The translations under genes and the position numbers were made by a program. This document shows, in pieces, positions 1-9,726 of a DNA stretch of 64,000 nucleotides (its first letter is position 1; the number at the start of each line of letters is the position of its first letter). Origin of the DNA: Campylobacterota bacterium. GTDB taxonomy: Bacteria > Campylobacterota > Campylobacteria > Campylobacterales > Sulfurimonadaceae. The stretch covers positions 5,104 to 69,103 of the forward strand of contig JAUPKZ010000001.1 in assembly GCA_030837195.1 (NCBI GenBank), given 5' to 3'. The notes under the pieces are model-generated. The model saw nothing but the letters and a program-made list of their open reading frames with translations. It was not told where the DNA came from and searched no databases.

Positions 1-14
1 AAAGATGAGTTAAA

Positions 15-590
15 ATGAGATGTCTTTTGTGTGAAAGCCTTTCACTGACACACATCTGCCTCTCATGCCAAAGAGAATTTTTAACTCCATCTCTCTACAC
101 AAGAGAACTTACAAAAGATATAAAAGTACTCTCTTTTTACAAATATAGTGACATAAAAGATCTGCTTCACACAAAACATACCGATTTGGGCTACTATATT
201 TACTCCATTTTGGCAAAAAACTCACTGCAAAAATTCGCAGCATCTTTTGAATATAAAGAGCCTCTATACTCAGTCGCAATTGACGATAAGGCAACACACG
301 GCTACTCACATACGGCACTTCTAAACAAAGCCCTAAATAGCAAAAACATAAAGCCTCTCTACAATAGACTCCGTGCAACAAACAGCGTAACATATAGCGG
401 AAAAAGCAAAGAGTTCAGGCTTCTTAATCCTCGCAATTTTGAGATAAAAAACCTATCTGCAAAAGAGCTTATTTTAGTAGATGACATCATCACGACAGGC
501 TCTACCCTAAATCAAGCGGTTGAAGCGGCAAAAAAACACAAAAACAGTATTATGTTTTGCTTAACTTTGGCAGATGCAAGTATAAACTAA
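15..590 (+). CDS. ComF-family protein with phosphoribosyltransferase domain
   Basis: 191-aa ORF. N-terminal Cys pairs (CLLC...CLSC) resemble the ComFC zinc finger. PRT signature LILVDDIITTGSTL lies near the C-terminus. Confidence 0.7.
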   Translation: MRCLLCESLSLTHICLSCQREFLTPSLYTRELTKDIKVLSFYKYSDIKDLLHTKHTDLGYYIYSILAKNSLQKFAASFEYKEPLYSVAIDDKATHGYSHTALLNKALNSKNIKPLYNRLRATNSVTYSGKSKEFRLLNPRNFEIKNLSAKELILVDDIITTGSTLNQAVEAAKKHKNSIMFCLTLADASIN

Positions 591-632
591 GGATTTATCA
601 AATATACTTTTGGGTTAACGATTTTTAAACAG

Positions 633-2513
633 GTGTATATGAAAAAAACTATCTTTTTACTATTTTTATCCACTCTTTTGCTAAGGGCAGAAGATTTTCT
701 TGATGAACTGCTATCCGAGTATAGAGAAGCCCAAGAATTATACATTGAGACGCAAGCACAAGAAGGCGGGCATGTTATAGTATTTTCTCGTGCAGACTTA
801 GATAAAATGCAAGCATATACTCTTAATGATGTGTTAAAAACTCTTAGAATGTTCACCCTAAAAACTACAAAATTCGGTTTGCCCACTCTGGTAAAAAGCC
901 CATATTCCGAACAAACGACATCAGGCGTAAAACTATTTATAGACTCTTATGAGGTCACTTCTCTAACAGCAGGAACAGGACTCTCACAATTTGGCAGAAT
1001 GGGGCTAAACCATATAGACCATATAGAGATATATCAAGCGTCAAATGCCATAGCATTTACCGGCGAACCCGGAAATATGGTTATAAAACTATATACAAAA
1101 GACCCTTCAAGAGAAAATGCAACGGTTGCCCAAATCTCACTAGACTCAAGAGGAGGCTCACGGGCTCAACTGATTGAAGCAAATAGCTTTGGCGAGTATC
1201 TCTACTTGGCAAATGCAGATATCAACAGATACAACCAAAAAGAGTACACGCTAGATGATGGCTCCGAACTCTCAAGAGACGGATATAGAGGTCAGTTTTA
1301 TTTTAATCTCTCTAAAAAAAATGATTTTAAACTAGAAGCAGGCGTTGCAAGCGAGAGAGATGAACTCTTTGACGGATTTGGCAACTCGATAGATGACGGA
1401 GAACTTTTTACAAAAAACTACTATGTCCAGTTTACGAAAGAGTTTGACGACAATATCCGCCTTATTTTAAATAGCTCATATGAAGAAGTTGAAGTTACAA
1501 ACAGGGATAGTCAAGGTTTTTACCTGCAAGGAGATCTGCCTGCTGACCCAAAAACAACTAACTTAGTTGTAAAAAACGGTCTTATAGTTCATAATGCCAT
1601 ACTTCAAAAACGCACACTATACGAGGATCACTCAATTTTACTCGGAGCAGAGCTAAAACTAAAAAATATGTTCCTTGATGAGCTAAAAAGCAATGAAGCA
1701 GACAGAGCTGTAGAGGTTGGTCCAAAAGATTTAAATGTCTATATGCTATATGCAGAAGATACTTATGCCATAAATAACAACAATAAAATAACTCTTGGCG
1801 CAAAACTTGACTTTTACGATAACCATTTTAGCAACACATCAACGGAACATGTCCTTAGATTTGGCTACCTTAGCTCGCTAGACAACGATACTTCGCTAAA
1901 AATATTTATACAAAAGGGGTATATATATCCTCTGTTTGCACAAACTACATTTGCACCGATATACAAACCAAATCCAAACTTAGAGAGTGTAAAAAATCTT
2001 GTTGCAAAAGTTGAAATCGAGAAAAAAATAGACAATTTAACCCTTACTCTAGGCGTAGGCGGCTCAAAGTCTAAAAACGGTATTGTATTTGACAGAACAC
2101 TCGGCATGTATGTAAACACTACTCAAAAATCTGATTTTGAACAATTTTTTATAAATTCAAACTATAAATTTGATGCCGACAACAAACTTATACTGGAGTA
2201 TTTTAGAGCCTATAACGAAAATGCCTCTTACAGCTCAGACAACGGTGCATTGATGCAGCTCTACAATAGAATAGGCAAGTTTGACATCTACAACGAGCTT
2301 ATATATAGATCTTCTTATGTAGGCATAGACGGCATAAAGATAGATACAGGCTATGACTATACGCTAGGGGCGATATACCATTACAATAAAAAGCTTACCC
2401 TAAAAGCAAAGGGTGAAAATCTCTTTGACAGAGCAAGCCAAATCGGCATAAACGGGCTAAAAATTGCACCTTACGACAGAAGAGCCATATTTACTATGGA
2501 GTATGTTTTTTAA
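633..2513 (+). CDS. TonB-dependent receptor-like outer-membrane beta-barrel (plug + barrel)
   Basis: Signal peptide (MKKTIFLLFLSTLLLRA). Plug-like segment (VIVFSRADLDKM...HIEIYQASNAIAFTGEPGNMVIKLYTK). Long beta-rich region ending in the aromatic terminal residue typical of OMPs (...TMEYVF). AGGTG RBS upstream. Confidence 0.6.
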   Translation: MYMKKTIFLLFLSTLLLRAEDFLDELLSEYREAQELYIETQAQEGGHVIVFSRADLDKMQAYTLNDVLKTLRMFTLKTTKFGLPTLVKSPYSEQTTSGVKLFIDSYEVTSLTAGTGLSQFGRMGLNHIDHIEIYQASNAIAFTGEPGNMVIKLYTKDPSRENATVAQISLDSRGGSRAQLIEANSFGEYLYLANADINRYNQKEYTLDDGSELSRDGYRGQFYFNLSKKNDFKLEAGVASERDELFDGFGNSIDDGELFTKNYYVQFTKEFDDNIRLILNSSYEEVEVTNRDSQGFYLQGDLPADPKTTNLVVKNGLIVHNAILQKRTLYEDHSILLGAELKLKNMFLDELKSNEADRAVEVGPKDLNVYMLYAEDTYAINNNNKITLGAKLDFYDNHFSNTSTEHVLRFGYLSSLDNDTSLKIFIQKGYIYPLFAQTTFAPIYKPNPNLESVKNLVAKVEIEKKIDNLTLTLGVGGSKSKNGIVFDRTLGMYVNTTQKSDFEQFFINSNYKFDADNKLILEYFRAYNENASYSSDNGALMQLYNRIGKFDIYNELIYRSSYVGIDGIKIDTGYDYTLGAIYHYNKKLTLKAKGENLFDRASQIGINGLKIAPYDRRAIFTMEYVF

Positions 2514-2945
2514 ATGAAAATTTTACTTACTCTTTTTATTTTTTCTTTTGCTCTATTGGCGTCAGACACGCCTATTGCACTTAAAAAACAGATACTAGAG
2601 AAGGTATTTAAAAATATTTCGCTTAATAAAGAGCTTGTTCTTTGGTGTGACGACAAAAATTTGCTAAGTGCTTTTAAAGAAGATAGTGCATTTAAAACAG
2701 CACAAACCCCCGAATCAGCTACACTGCTTATACTAAATGACAAACAAGCTTTACCTAAATCTATACAAAATAAAGCCGTTTTTGCTCTTGACTACACCCT
2801 GCTAAAAGAGTTGCCTCAAAGCTTCGGTGCTATGTTTTGGAAAAAAGGAAGACCCAATATCGTTATCATTGCCCCTAGAGCAAAAAATCAAAACATCCTT
2901 ATTTCAGAAAATTTAGACTCCTATGTGGAAGATGCCGTATGGTAA
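2514..2945 (+). CDS. YfiR/DUF4154-like periplasmic protein
   Basis: 143 aa with a signal peptide. C-terminal pattern AVFALDY...FGAMFWKKGRPNIVIIAPRAKNQNILISENL resembles the YfiR-family core. The start abuts the stop of the upstream receptor, and the ORF overlaps the downstream GGDEF/EAL gene. Confidence 0.5.
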   Translation: MKILLTLFIFSFALLASDTPIALKKQILEKVFKNISLNKELVLWCDDKNLLSAFKEDSAFKTAQTPESATLLILNDKQALPKSIQNKAVFALDYTLLKELPQSFGAMFWKKGRPNIVIIAPRAKNQNILISENLDSYVEDAVW

Positions 2946-4846
2946 AGAAAAAAGAGAGTATTGTTTTTCTATTTCTTTTAGCTCTTAGCATTATTTTAGT
3001 TCTTGTTTATAACAATATTAAAAAAACAAATAAAGAGATATATGAACGAATAGAAAAGCATGAAATAGCGCAAATCTCAACTATTATACATAACATAGAA
3101 CAGTATATACGGGATTCTTACGATATACAAGATTCTAAAAAACTATTTACCGTGCTAAGCGATGAAGTAATCCGCAATCACCATGAAAAATATATCATGC
3201 TAATGATGTCCTCAAACATCAAGTATACCTATATCTTATATAAAGATGAGAAAGATAAATTTAGATTTTTGCTTGACGCATCAAAAGCAGATAAAGCCAA
3301 TTTCAACCAAAAATTTGATGTACAAAATCAGGAGTATTTTGATATATACAAAACAAAAACACCGCAAATAATTAAACAAAAAGATATAGAAAATCTTTAC
3401 TTAACCTACCTATTCCCTATAATAAGCAATAATGAGGTTATCGCACTCTTTAGCGTGGACATAACAACCGATATTCAAAACTCCATCCTTAACTCCATAA
3501 AACCTCTGGAAAACTTTTTTATTCTTCTCATTGTTATTGTAGTCCTTTTTATGATTATAACTATCTTGCAACTATTTCACTACTTTGTTACACGAAAAAG
3601 AGTATTTACCGACCCTCTTACAAAAACATTTAATAGAAACTATTTAGAAGAGCTATTATTGGTAGTAAATTTAAAAGATTACAGTATTGCAATGCTTGAT
3701 TTGGATAAATTCAAACAGATAAACGATACTTACGGACACCAAGCAGGGGACTACATACTTGTACAAGCCAGCAGAATTTTCAAAGATTCCATTAGGGCTA
3801 GCGATATACTTGTGAGATACGGGGGAGAAGAATTTTTACTACTTATCCACAACAAAAACAGGGATGCTTCCGCATTGGAACTATGCGAGCGAATCAAAAA
3901 AAATATCTATAATAATACATTTTTATTTGACAATCATGAGATAAAAGTAAGCGTCTCCATCGGCCTTCATAAGCACCCTTCACTCGAAAAAAATCTACAA
4001 GAAGCCATAAAACTGGCAGACCAAATGCTCTACATAGCAAAGAAAAATGGAAGAAACAGAATAGAAATATATGACGAAAAAGCAAAAAACTGCGATTCGA
4101 CACTTTCAAAAGATCTGCTATTCGTAAAAGAAGCGCTTGATGAAAACAGGGTACTTTGCTATTATCAGCCTATTTATGACCATAAAGTAGATGAGATTTT
4201 AAAATATGAAGCTCTTGTACGCATAGTAACACAAGAAGGAAAAATCATTCCGCCTTTTGAGTTTTTGCCTCAAATAAAAGGGACAAATATGCACTACAAG
4301 CTCACACAAAGAATTTTACATATTGTATTTGAGAAGATTAAAGAGAGCAAAAAAGAGATAAGCATAAATATAAACTTTTCGGATCTTACAAACCAAGATA
4401 TCGAAGAGAGCATCATAAAGTATCTAAAAAGTCATCCCGAGTGCGCACAAAAAGTAACTTTTGAGATACTTGAGAGCGACGAGATAGACGATGTAGAGCT
4501 TTTCAAAGAAAAAACGGCTATGCTACACTCTCTTGGCGCAAAAGTTTCCATTGACGACTTTGGAAGCGGGTATTCAAACTTTAAAACGGTTATTGATATT
4601 GAGGCAAACTACCTAAAGATTGACGGCTCTTTAATCAAAAATATAGATAAAAACGACAAAGACTACAAAGTAGTAAAAAGTATAATTCACTTTGCAAAAA
4701 ATAGCGATATGCAAACGGTAGCAGAGTTTGTACACTCTAAAGAGGTCTATGATAAGCTAATAGCACTTGATATCAACTTTATGCAAGGGTATTATATATC
4801 TCCGCCTCAGGCAATGCTTGTAAAAAGCGACGAGATATTTCGCTAG
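2939..4846 (+). CDS. Membrane-bound bifunctional-type GGDEF/EAL c-di-GMP protein with periplasmic sensor loop
   Basis: Two TM segments flank a roughly 170-aa loop. I-site RASD lies 5 residues before GGEEF. EAL motifs are present: YEALVR, DDFGSGYSNF, QGYY. Confidence 0.9.
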   Translation: MVKKKESIVFLFLLALSIILVLVYNNIKKTNKEIYERIEKHEIAQISTIIHNIEQYIRDSYDIQDSKKLFTVLSDEVIRNHHEKYIMLMMSSNIKYTYILYKDEKDKFRFLLDASKADKANFNQKFDVQNQEYFDIYKTKTPQIIKQKDIENLYLTYLFPIISNNEVIALFSVDITTDIQNSILNSIKPLENFFILLIVIVVLFMIITILQLFHYFVTRKRVFTDPLTKTFNRNYLEELLLVVNLKDYSIAMLDLDKFKQINDTYGHQAGDYILVQASRIFKDSIRASDILVRYGGEEFLLLIHNKNRDASALELCERIKKNIYNNTFLFDNHEIKVSVSIGLHKHPSLEKNLQEAIKLADQMLYIAKKNGRNRIEIYDEKAKNCDSTLSKDLLFVKEALDENRVLCYYQPIYDHKVDEILKYEALVRIVTQEGKIIPPFEFLPQIKGTNMHYKLTQRILHIVFEKIKESKKEISININFSDLTNQDIEESIIKYLKSHPECAQKVTFEILESDEIDDVELFKEKTAMLHSLGAKVSIDDFGSGYSNFKTVIDIEANYLKIDGSLIKNIDKNDKDYKVVKSIIHFAKNSDMQTVAEFVHSKEVYDKLIALDINFMQGYYISPPQAMLVKSDEIFR

Positions 4847-4849
4847 TAC

Positions 4850-6850
4850 TTATTTTAACAGTTTTTGAAGTAGTTTATCAACTTTTTGTATAACTTTTTT
4901 ACCACTCTCGGATTCTAAAAATTTCTCCAAATCAATAGTAACTTTTGGAGCATCTATATCTCCGCTAAGATGTGCATTAAGAGTATCTTTTTTAGATGCA
5001 AGCATCAAATCTGCATCGATTATCTTTGTTTTTGTATTTAATTTAGCGCTATTTGACTTTATAGATGCTTCTTTTGAGCGAAGATCTACAAATGCTATGA
5101 GATTTTCTTTATCTAGCTTTGCATCTATATCGCCGTTAAAGTTTTCTCTATACATATCTATTTTAGTAAACTCTTTTAGTGTGTCAAATGTCTTGTTTTT
5201 TGAAAAAACACCGTTTAACACTTTGGCATCTATTGCACCTTTGCTTTGTTTAAAATCATAGTTTATAGCTGCATTTATAGTTGCATCAAAAACCTCAGGG
5301 TAAACCATCATATATAAAAACTTTGCACTTTTTAAACCATCTATGTTTGCATTCAAAGTATCATTATGCAGTTTAGCCCTAAGCACTCCCTCGGCGATTT
5401 TCGAGTTTATACTAATATCCAAATCTTTTGAGTTCTTTATATCTCCATTTAAAAGAAGATCTCCTCTTAAATGCCTCTGGGTTAAAAAGAACAGATTCTC
5501 CATATTTGGTATCTTCATCTCATAATCGCTATTTAGGGAGCTCTCTTTCATATCATAAAGAGCTTTTTTCATTGTAATATTTGCAAGATTTGAGTCAATT
5601 TTTATATTGCTTTTCATAGTGCTATCTTCAATTGCAGCATTTAAGTGTGCTTTGAACTCTACTTTTGGCATCTGCGACTTAAACTCATATCTTTTTGTTA
5701 AATAGCTTGAATTAAGCAAAGCCTTCTCAAGAGATGCAATAATGTTTCCATTTAATCCATCCGTCTCGGTATCCGTCATATCTGCTTCTATATTCAGAGT
5801 GCCGTTTGTATAAGAGGGCTGCTTTAGCATATAGAGCAATTTTGCAACATCAAGATGCTCTGATTTGACTTTTAATGAGAGGAGTTTAAAATCCTCTAAA
5901 AGCGCATCAATATTTGTGCTTGAAGATGCCAAATTGCTCTTTGCGGTTATGTTTAGCTTCTCTTTGCTCCCGCTAACACTGCCTTCCAACAAAAGAGGAC
6001 CCCTAATATCCTCTTTTGTTAACGGTTTTAGTACCTCTAAATTTTGAATATCTAAAAGATACCTCAAATCAGCACCAAAAGGCTCAGGAGTAAATTTCCC
6101 AGATGAAGCTATTTTAAATAGATTTGAACTCAAATCATAACTATATGCCACATCGTCTCCGCTAAGTTTAGCATCCATTTTTAGGCTAAAAGTGGTTTTT
6201 GGGATAGTTACATTAAAATCGCTAAGCATATATTTTGGGTCAATTTCACCGCCTTTGCTAATCAACCTAACTTCCCCGTCAAGTTTATGCGGAGTTATAT
6301 TTCTAAAATTAATGTCTATATCCATATCTGCATCTGCATAAGGATTTTGAGATAGCATAAAAAGCACTAAAGAGAGTTTTGCATCTTTTGCATTTACAAT
6401 AATCGAAGTAGGATTAAAATCTATAAGTGTTGCTTCATAAGTTGTTTTGCTAGAAGCAATGTCGCTCTCTCCATTGACTACAAACTCTTTTAAAGTCCCT
6501 TTTACTCTACCGTTTGTCCGAAGTTCACCTCTTAACTCTTGCTTTGTAAGTGCTTGCAATGTTTCCAAATGTTTCAAATCTAAAGCAAAAACAGCATCAA
6601 ATGCCTTTGAAAAAAGAGAATAACTCCCTTTTGCTTCCATATGATTAGCGTCATCTAGCTCCAATGAAATTTCAAAACTATCCATAGTTAATAAAAAAGT
6701 ATTTACTTTGCTCTGTATCGCCAACTCTTTATTGATTTTATTCTCAACAAACGGCTTAAGCATAGCATTCCCTATAGGCGTAAACGCAACTATATATAAA
6801 ATAACGATAAGCCCTAATACTAAAACACCTATCCAAGCCAGAGTTCTCAT
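4850..6850 (-). CDS. Large N-terminally membrane-anchored periplasmic protein (AsmA/TamB-like, function unknown)
   Basis: 666-aa ORF with a single N-terminal TM (WIGVLVLGLIVILYIVAF) followed by long beta-rich, low-Cys sequence. Family assignment is tentative. Confidence 0.4.
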   Translation of the reverse strand: MRTLAWIGVLVLGLIVILYIVAFTPIGNAMLKPFVENKINKELAIQSKVNTFLLTMDSFEISLELDDANHMEAKGSYSLFSKAFDAVFALDLKHLETLQALTKQELRGELRTNGRVKGTLKEFVVNGESDIASSKTTYEATLIDFNPTSIIVNAKDAKLSLVLFMLSQNPYADADMDIDINFRNITPHKLDGEVRLISKGGEIDPKYMLSDFNVTIPKTTFSLKMDAKLSGDDVAYSYDLSSNLFKIASSGKFTPEPFGADLRYLLDIQNLEVLKPLTKEDIRGPLLLEGSVSGSKEKLNITAKSNLASSSTNIDALLEDFKLLSLKVKSEHLDVAKLLYMLKQPSYTNGTLNIEADMTDTETDGLNGNIIASLEKALLNSSYLTKRYEFKSQMPKVEFKAHLNAAIEDSTMKSNIKIDSNLANITMKKALYDMKESSLNSDYEMKIPNMENLFFLTQRHLRGDLLLNGDIKNSKDLDISINSKIAEGVLRAKLHNDTLNANIDGLKSAKFLYMMVYPEVFDATINAAINYDFKQSKGAIDAKVLNGVFSKNKTFDTLKEFTKIDMYRENFNGDIDAKLDKENLIAFVDLRSKEASIKSNSAKLNTKTKIIDADLMLASKKDTLNAHLSGDIDAPKVTIDLEKFLESESGKKVIQKVDKLLQKLLK

Positions 6851-6956
6851 GCTTTCTCCTCTTTATCAACACTTATAATATTACTATAATTTGTTAAATT
6901 TTAAAACTTGATATAATAAGACTAAAGTTAATTGACAAAAATTATTCAATATACTA

Positions 6957-6985
6957 TTGACATTGTTACACTCAATATGTATAAT
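6957..6985 (+). promoter_or_regulatory. Consensus sigma-70-type promoter for grpE (TTGACA-17 nt-TATAAT)
   Basis: TTGACA at 6957-6962, exactly 17-nt spacer, TATAAT at 6980-6985, about 37 nt upstream of the grpE ATG. A second ATTGACA copy lies at 6931-6937. Confidence 0.55.
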
Positions 6986-7022
6986 TATGCTATCTTTTTA
7001 AAAAAGGAGTAGTTTAACAGTT

Positions 7023-7580
7023 ATGTCAAATGAAAAAAACGAAGAGTTACAGCCGGAATCCGCAGAAACTAAAGATGAAGTTTTAAAACAAAATGAGGCA
7101 GCTGCCGAAGCAGAGGCCGTAGAAAATGAGTTTAATCTTTTACAAGAAGAGTTAGCTACTCTAAAAGACAAATATGCTCGCGTTCATGCTGATTTTGAAA
7201 ATATTAAAAAGAGATTAGAGAGAGAAAAATATACTGCCGTTGAGTACGCAAACGAAAAGTTTGCAAAAGATATGATACCTGTCCTTGACTCACTTGAGGG
7301 TGCGTTAAACTCGGTAAACTCAGGCGCAAATATAGAAGAACTCTTTACAAAACTTAAAGAGGGTATAGAACTTACACATAAACAGTTGCTTACCTCTTTA
7401 GAAAAACACGGTGTTAAAAAGGTTTCTCATGATGAGCCTTTTGACCCAAATATTCACAATGCTATCCAAAGCGTTGCAAGTGATGCCGTAGAGAGTGGGC
7501 AGATAGTGCAAACTTTTCAAACAGGTTATAGGTATAAAGAACGCCCTCTAAGAGAGGCGATGGTAGTCGTTGCCAACTAG
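7023..7580 (+). CDS. grpE: Nucleotide exchange factor GrpE
   Basis: 185 aa. Acidic N-terminus, coiled coil LKDKYARVHADFENIKKR, C-terminal FDPNIHNAI...GYRYKERPLREAMV. AAGGAG RBS. Followed by dnaK. Confidence 0.95.
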   Translation: MSNEKNEELQPESAETKDEVLKQNEAAAEAEAVENEFNLLQEELATLKDKYARVHADFENIKKRLEREKYTAVEYANEKFAKDMIPVLDSLEGALNSVNSGANIEELFTKLKEGIELTHKQLLTSLEKHGVKKVSHDEPFDPNIHNAIQSVASDAVESGQIVQTFQTGYRYKERPLREAMVVVAN

Positions 7581-7738
7581 TTATTAGAACGGTATTTGGA
7601 ACAAAGTCCCAAATACTTACACTAGGTGCTGTGCCACTAAAGCACAAAACTTTAGTTTCTTTAGAAAAATGCTTTCGGCATTTTCACTTAGAACACAGCA
7701 ATAAATTAAATAAATAAAAATAAAAAGGAAATTATAAA

Positions 7739-9622
7739 ATGAGTAAAGTAATAGGTATAGATTTAGGAACAACAAACTCTTGTGTAGCAGTATATGAAGG
7801 CGGTGAGGCAAAAATCATCCCAAATAAAGAGGGTAAAAACACGACTCCATCAGTCGTAGCATTTACAGATAAAGGCGAAGTGTTGGTAGGAGACCCTGCA
7901 AAACGCCAAGCTATCACAAACCCAAACAAAACTATCTCTTCAATCAAGAGAATTATGGGTCTTATGATGAACGAAGAGAACGCAAAGGCAGCTCACGATA
8001 AAGTAACATACAACATCGTAAACAAAGACGGTATGGCTGCAGTTAATGTGGACGGCAAGATTTATACTCCGCAAGAAATCTCTGCAAAAATTCTTAGCAA
8101 ACTTAAAGAAGACGCTGAGAGCTACCTCGGACAGAGTGTTACGGATGCGGTTATTACCGTGCCTGCATACTTTAATGATGCACAAAGAAAAGCAACAAAA
8201 GATGCAGGAACGATTGCAGGGCTAAATGTTCTTCGTATCATCAATGAGCCTACGGCTTCTGCGCTTGCTTACGGACTTGAGAGCAAGGGTGATGAAAGAG
8301 TTTTGGTATATGACTTAGGAGGCGGAACATTCGATGTTACCGTTTTAGAGATAAGCGACGGAACTTTTGAGGTTTTAAGTACGGATGGAAACGCATTTCT
8401 AGGCGGAGACGACTTTGACAACAAAATCGTTGACTATCTAAATGCAGAGTTCAAAAGCTCACACGGGATAGACCTTAAAAATGACAAAATGGCGCTTCAA
8501 AGACTAAAAGATGCAGCTGAGAATGCTAAAAAAGAGCTATCAAGTTCAACCGAGACGGAGATAAACTTACCGTTCATCACTATGACTCAAGCAGGTCCGC
8601 AACACTTGGTTCTAAAGCTAACCAGAGCAAAATTTGAAAGTATGATAGATGCCCTTCTTGAAGAGACGATTGACCATATCAAAACTGCTCTAAAAGATGC
8701 AAGTCTAAGCAGCGGCGATATCAAAGAGATTATTATGGTCGGCGGTTCTACACGCGTGCCAAAAGCTCAAGATATGGTATCTGCTTACTTTGGAGGCAAA
8801 AAACTTAACAAAGGTGTAAATCCTGATGAAGTCGTTGCAGCAGGTGCGGCAATCCAAGGCGGAGTTTTAAGAGGAGATGTTAAAGATGTACTTCTTTTGG
8901 ATGTTACTCCGCTATCTTTAGGAATCGAGACTCTAGGCGGTGTTGCTACTAAAATTATCGAAAAAGGTACGACTATACCTGTTAAAAAATCTCAAATCTT
9001 CTCAACTGCAGAGGACAACCAACCTGCAGTTAGTATAAATGTAGTTCAAGGCGAGAGAGAGTTTGCAAGAGACAACAAATCGCTCGGCTTATTTGAGTTG
9101 CGTGACATTCCTGCGGCTCCTCGCGGCGTACCACAAATCGAGGTAACATTTGATATAGATGCAAACGGTATCTTAACTGTAAGCTCAACTGACAAAGGCA
9201 CAGGCAAATCTCAGTCGATTACAATTTCCGGAAGCTCAGGACTAAGCGAGGAAGAGATCAACAAAATGATCAAAGATGCAGAGCTTCACAAAGCAGAAGA
9301 TTCAAAAAGAAAAGAGTTGGTTGAGACTAAAAACCAAGCAGATGCACTTATAGCTCAAACAGAAAAAGCTCTAAGCGAAAATGCAGACAAAATAGAAGCA
9401 AGCGAAAAAGCTAAAATAGAGAGTGCTATAGTCGAACTCAAAGATACGCTAAAAGATACAAATGCAACAAAAGAACAGATTGATGCAAAGGTAAAAGTTT
9501 TAACGGAAGCAAGCCATAAAATGGCAGAAGCTATGTACAAGTCAAAAGAGGAAGGCGGCGCACAAGCAGCAGATAGTGCTAAGAAAAAAGATGATGATGT
9601 CATCGATGCCGAAATAGAGTAA
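7739..9622 (+). CDS. dnaK: Molecular chaperone DnaK (Hsp70)
   Basis: 627 aa with full-length Hsp70 signatures: [25 protein letters not shown], acidic C-terminus. Confidence 0.98.
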   Translation: MSKVIGIDLGTTNSCVAVYEGGEAKIIPNKEGKNTTPSVVAFTDKGEVLVGDPAKRQAITNPNKTISSIKRIMGLMMNEENAKAAHDKVTYNIVNKDGMAAVNVDGKIYTPQEISAKILSKLKEDAESYLGQSVTDAVITVPAYFNDAQRKATKDAGTIAGLNVLRIINEPTASALAYGLESKGDERVLVYDLGGGTFDVTVLEISDGTFEVLSTDGNAFLGGDDFDNKIVDYLNAEFKSSHGIDLKNDKMALQRLKDAAENAKKELSSSTETEINLPFITMTQAGPQHLVLKLTRAKFESMIDALLEETIDHIKTALKDASLSSGDIKEIIMVGGSTRVPKAQDMVSAYFGGKKLNKGVNPDEVVAAGAAIQGGVLRGDVKDVLLLDVTPLSLGIETLGGVATKIIEKGTTIPVKKSQIFSTAEDNQPAVSINVVQGEREFARDNKSLGLFELRDIPAAPRGVPQIEVTFDIDANGILTVSSTDKGTGKSQSITISGSSGLSEEEINKMIKDAELHKAEDSKRKELVETKNQADALIAQTEKALSENADKIEASEKAKIESAIVELKDTLKDTNATKEQIDAKVKVLTEASHKMAEAMYKSKEEGGAQAADSAKKKDDDVIDAEIE

Positions 9623-9630
9623 TACTCCTG

Positions 9631-9657
9631 CTCTCATACATTAAAATTGTATGAGAG
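9631..9657 (+). terminator. Hairpin terminator after dnaK
   Basis: CTCTCATACA / TGTATGAGAG 10-bp stem with 7-nt loop, 9 nt after the stop, followed by TTCTT. Confidence 0.6.
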
Positions 9658-9726
9658 TTCTTAACAACCTCTTAATGCTCTGTATAGTATAATTCCGCTT
9701 TTAAAAACCCATATAAGGAAAAAACA

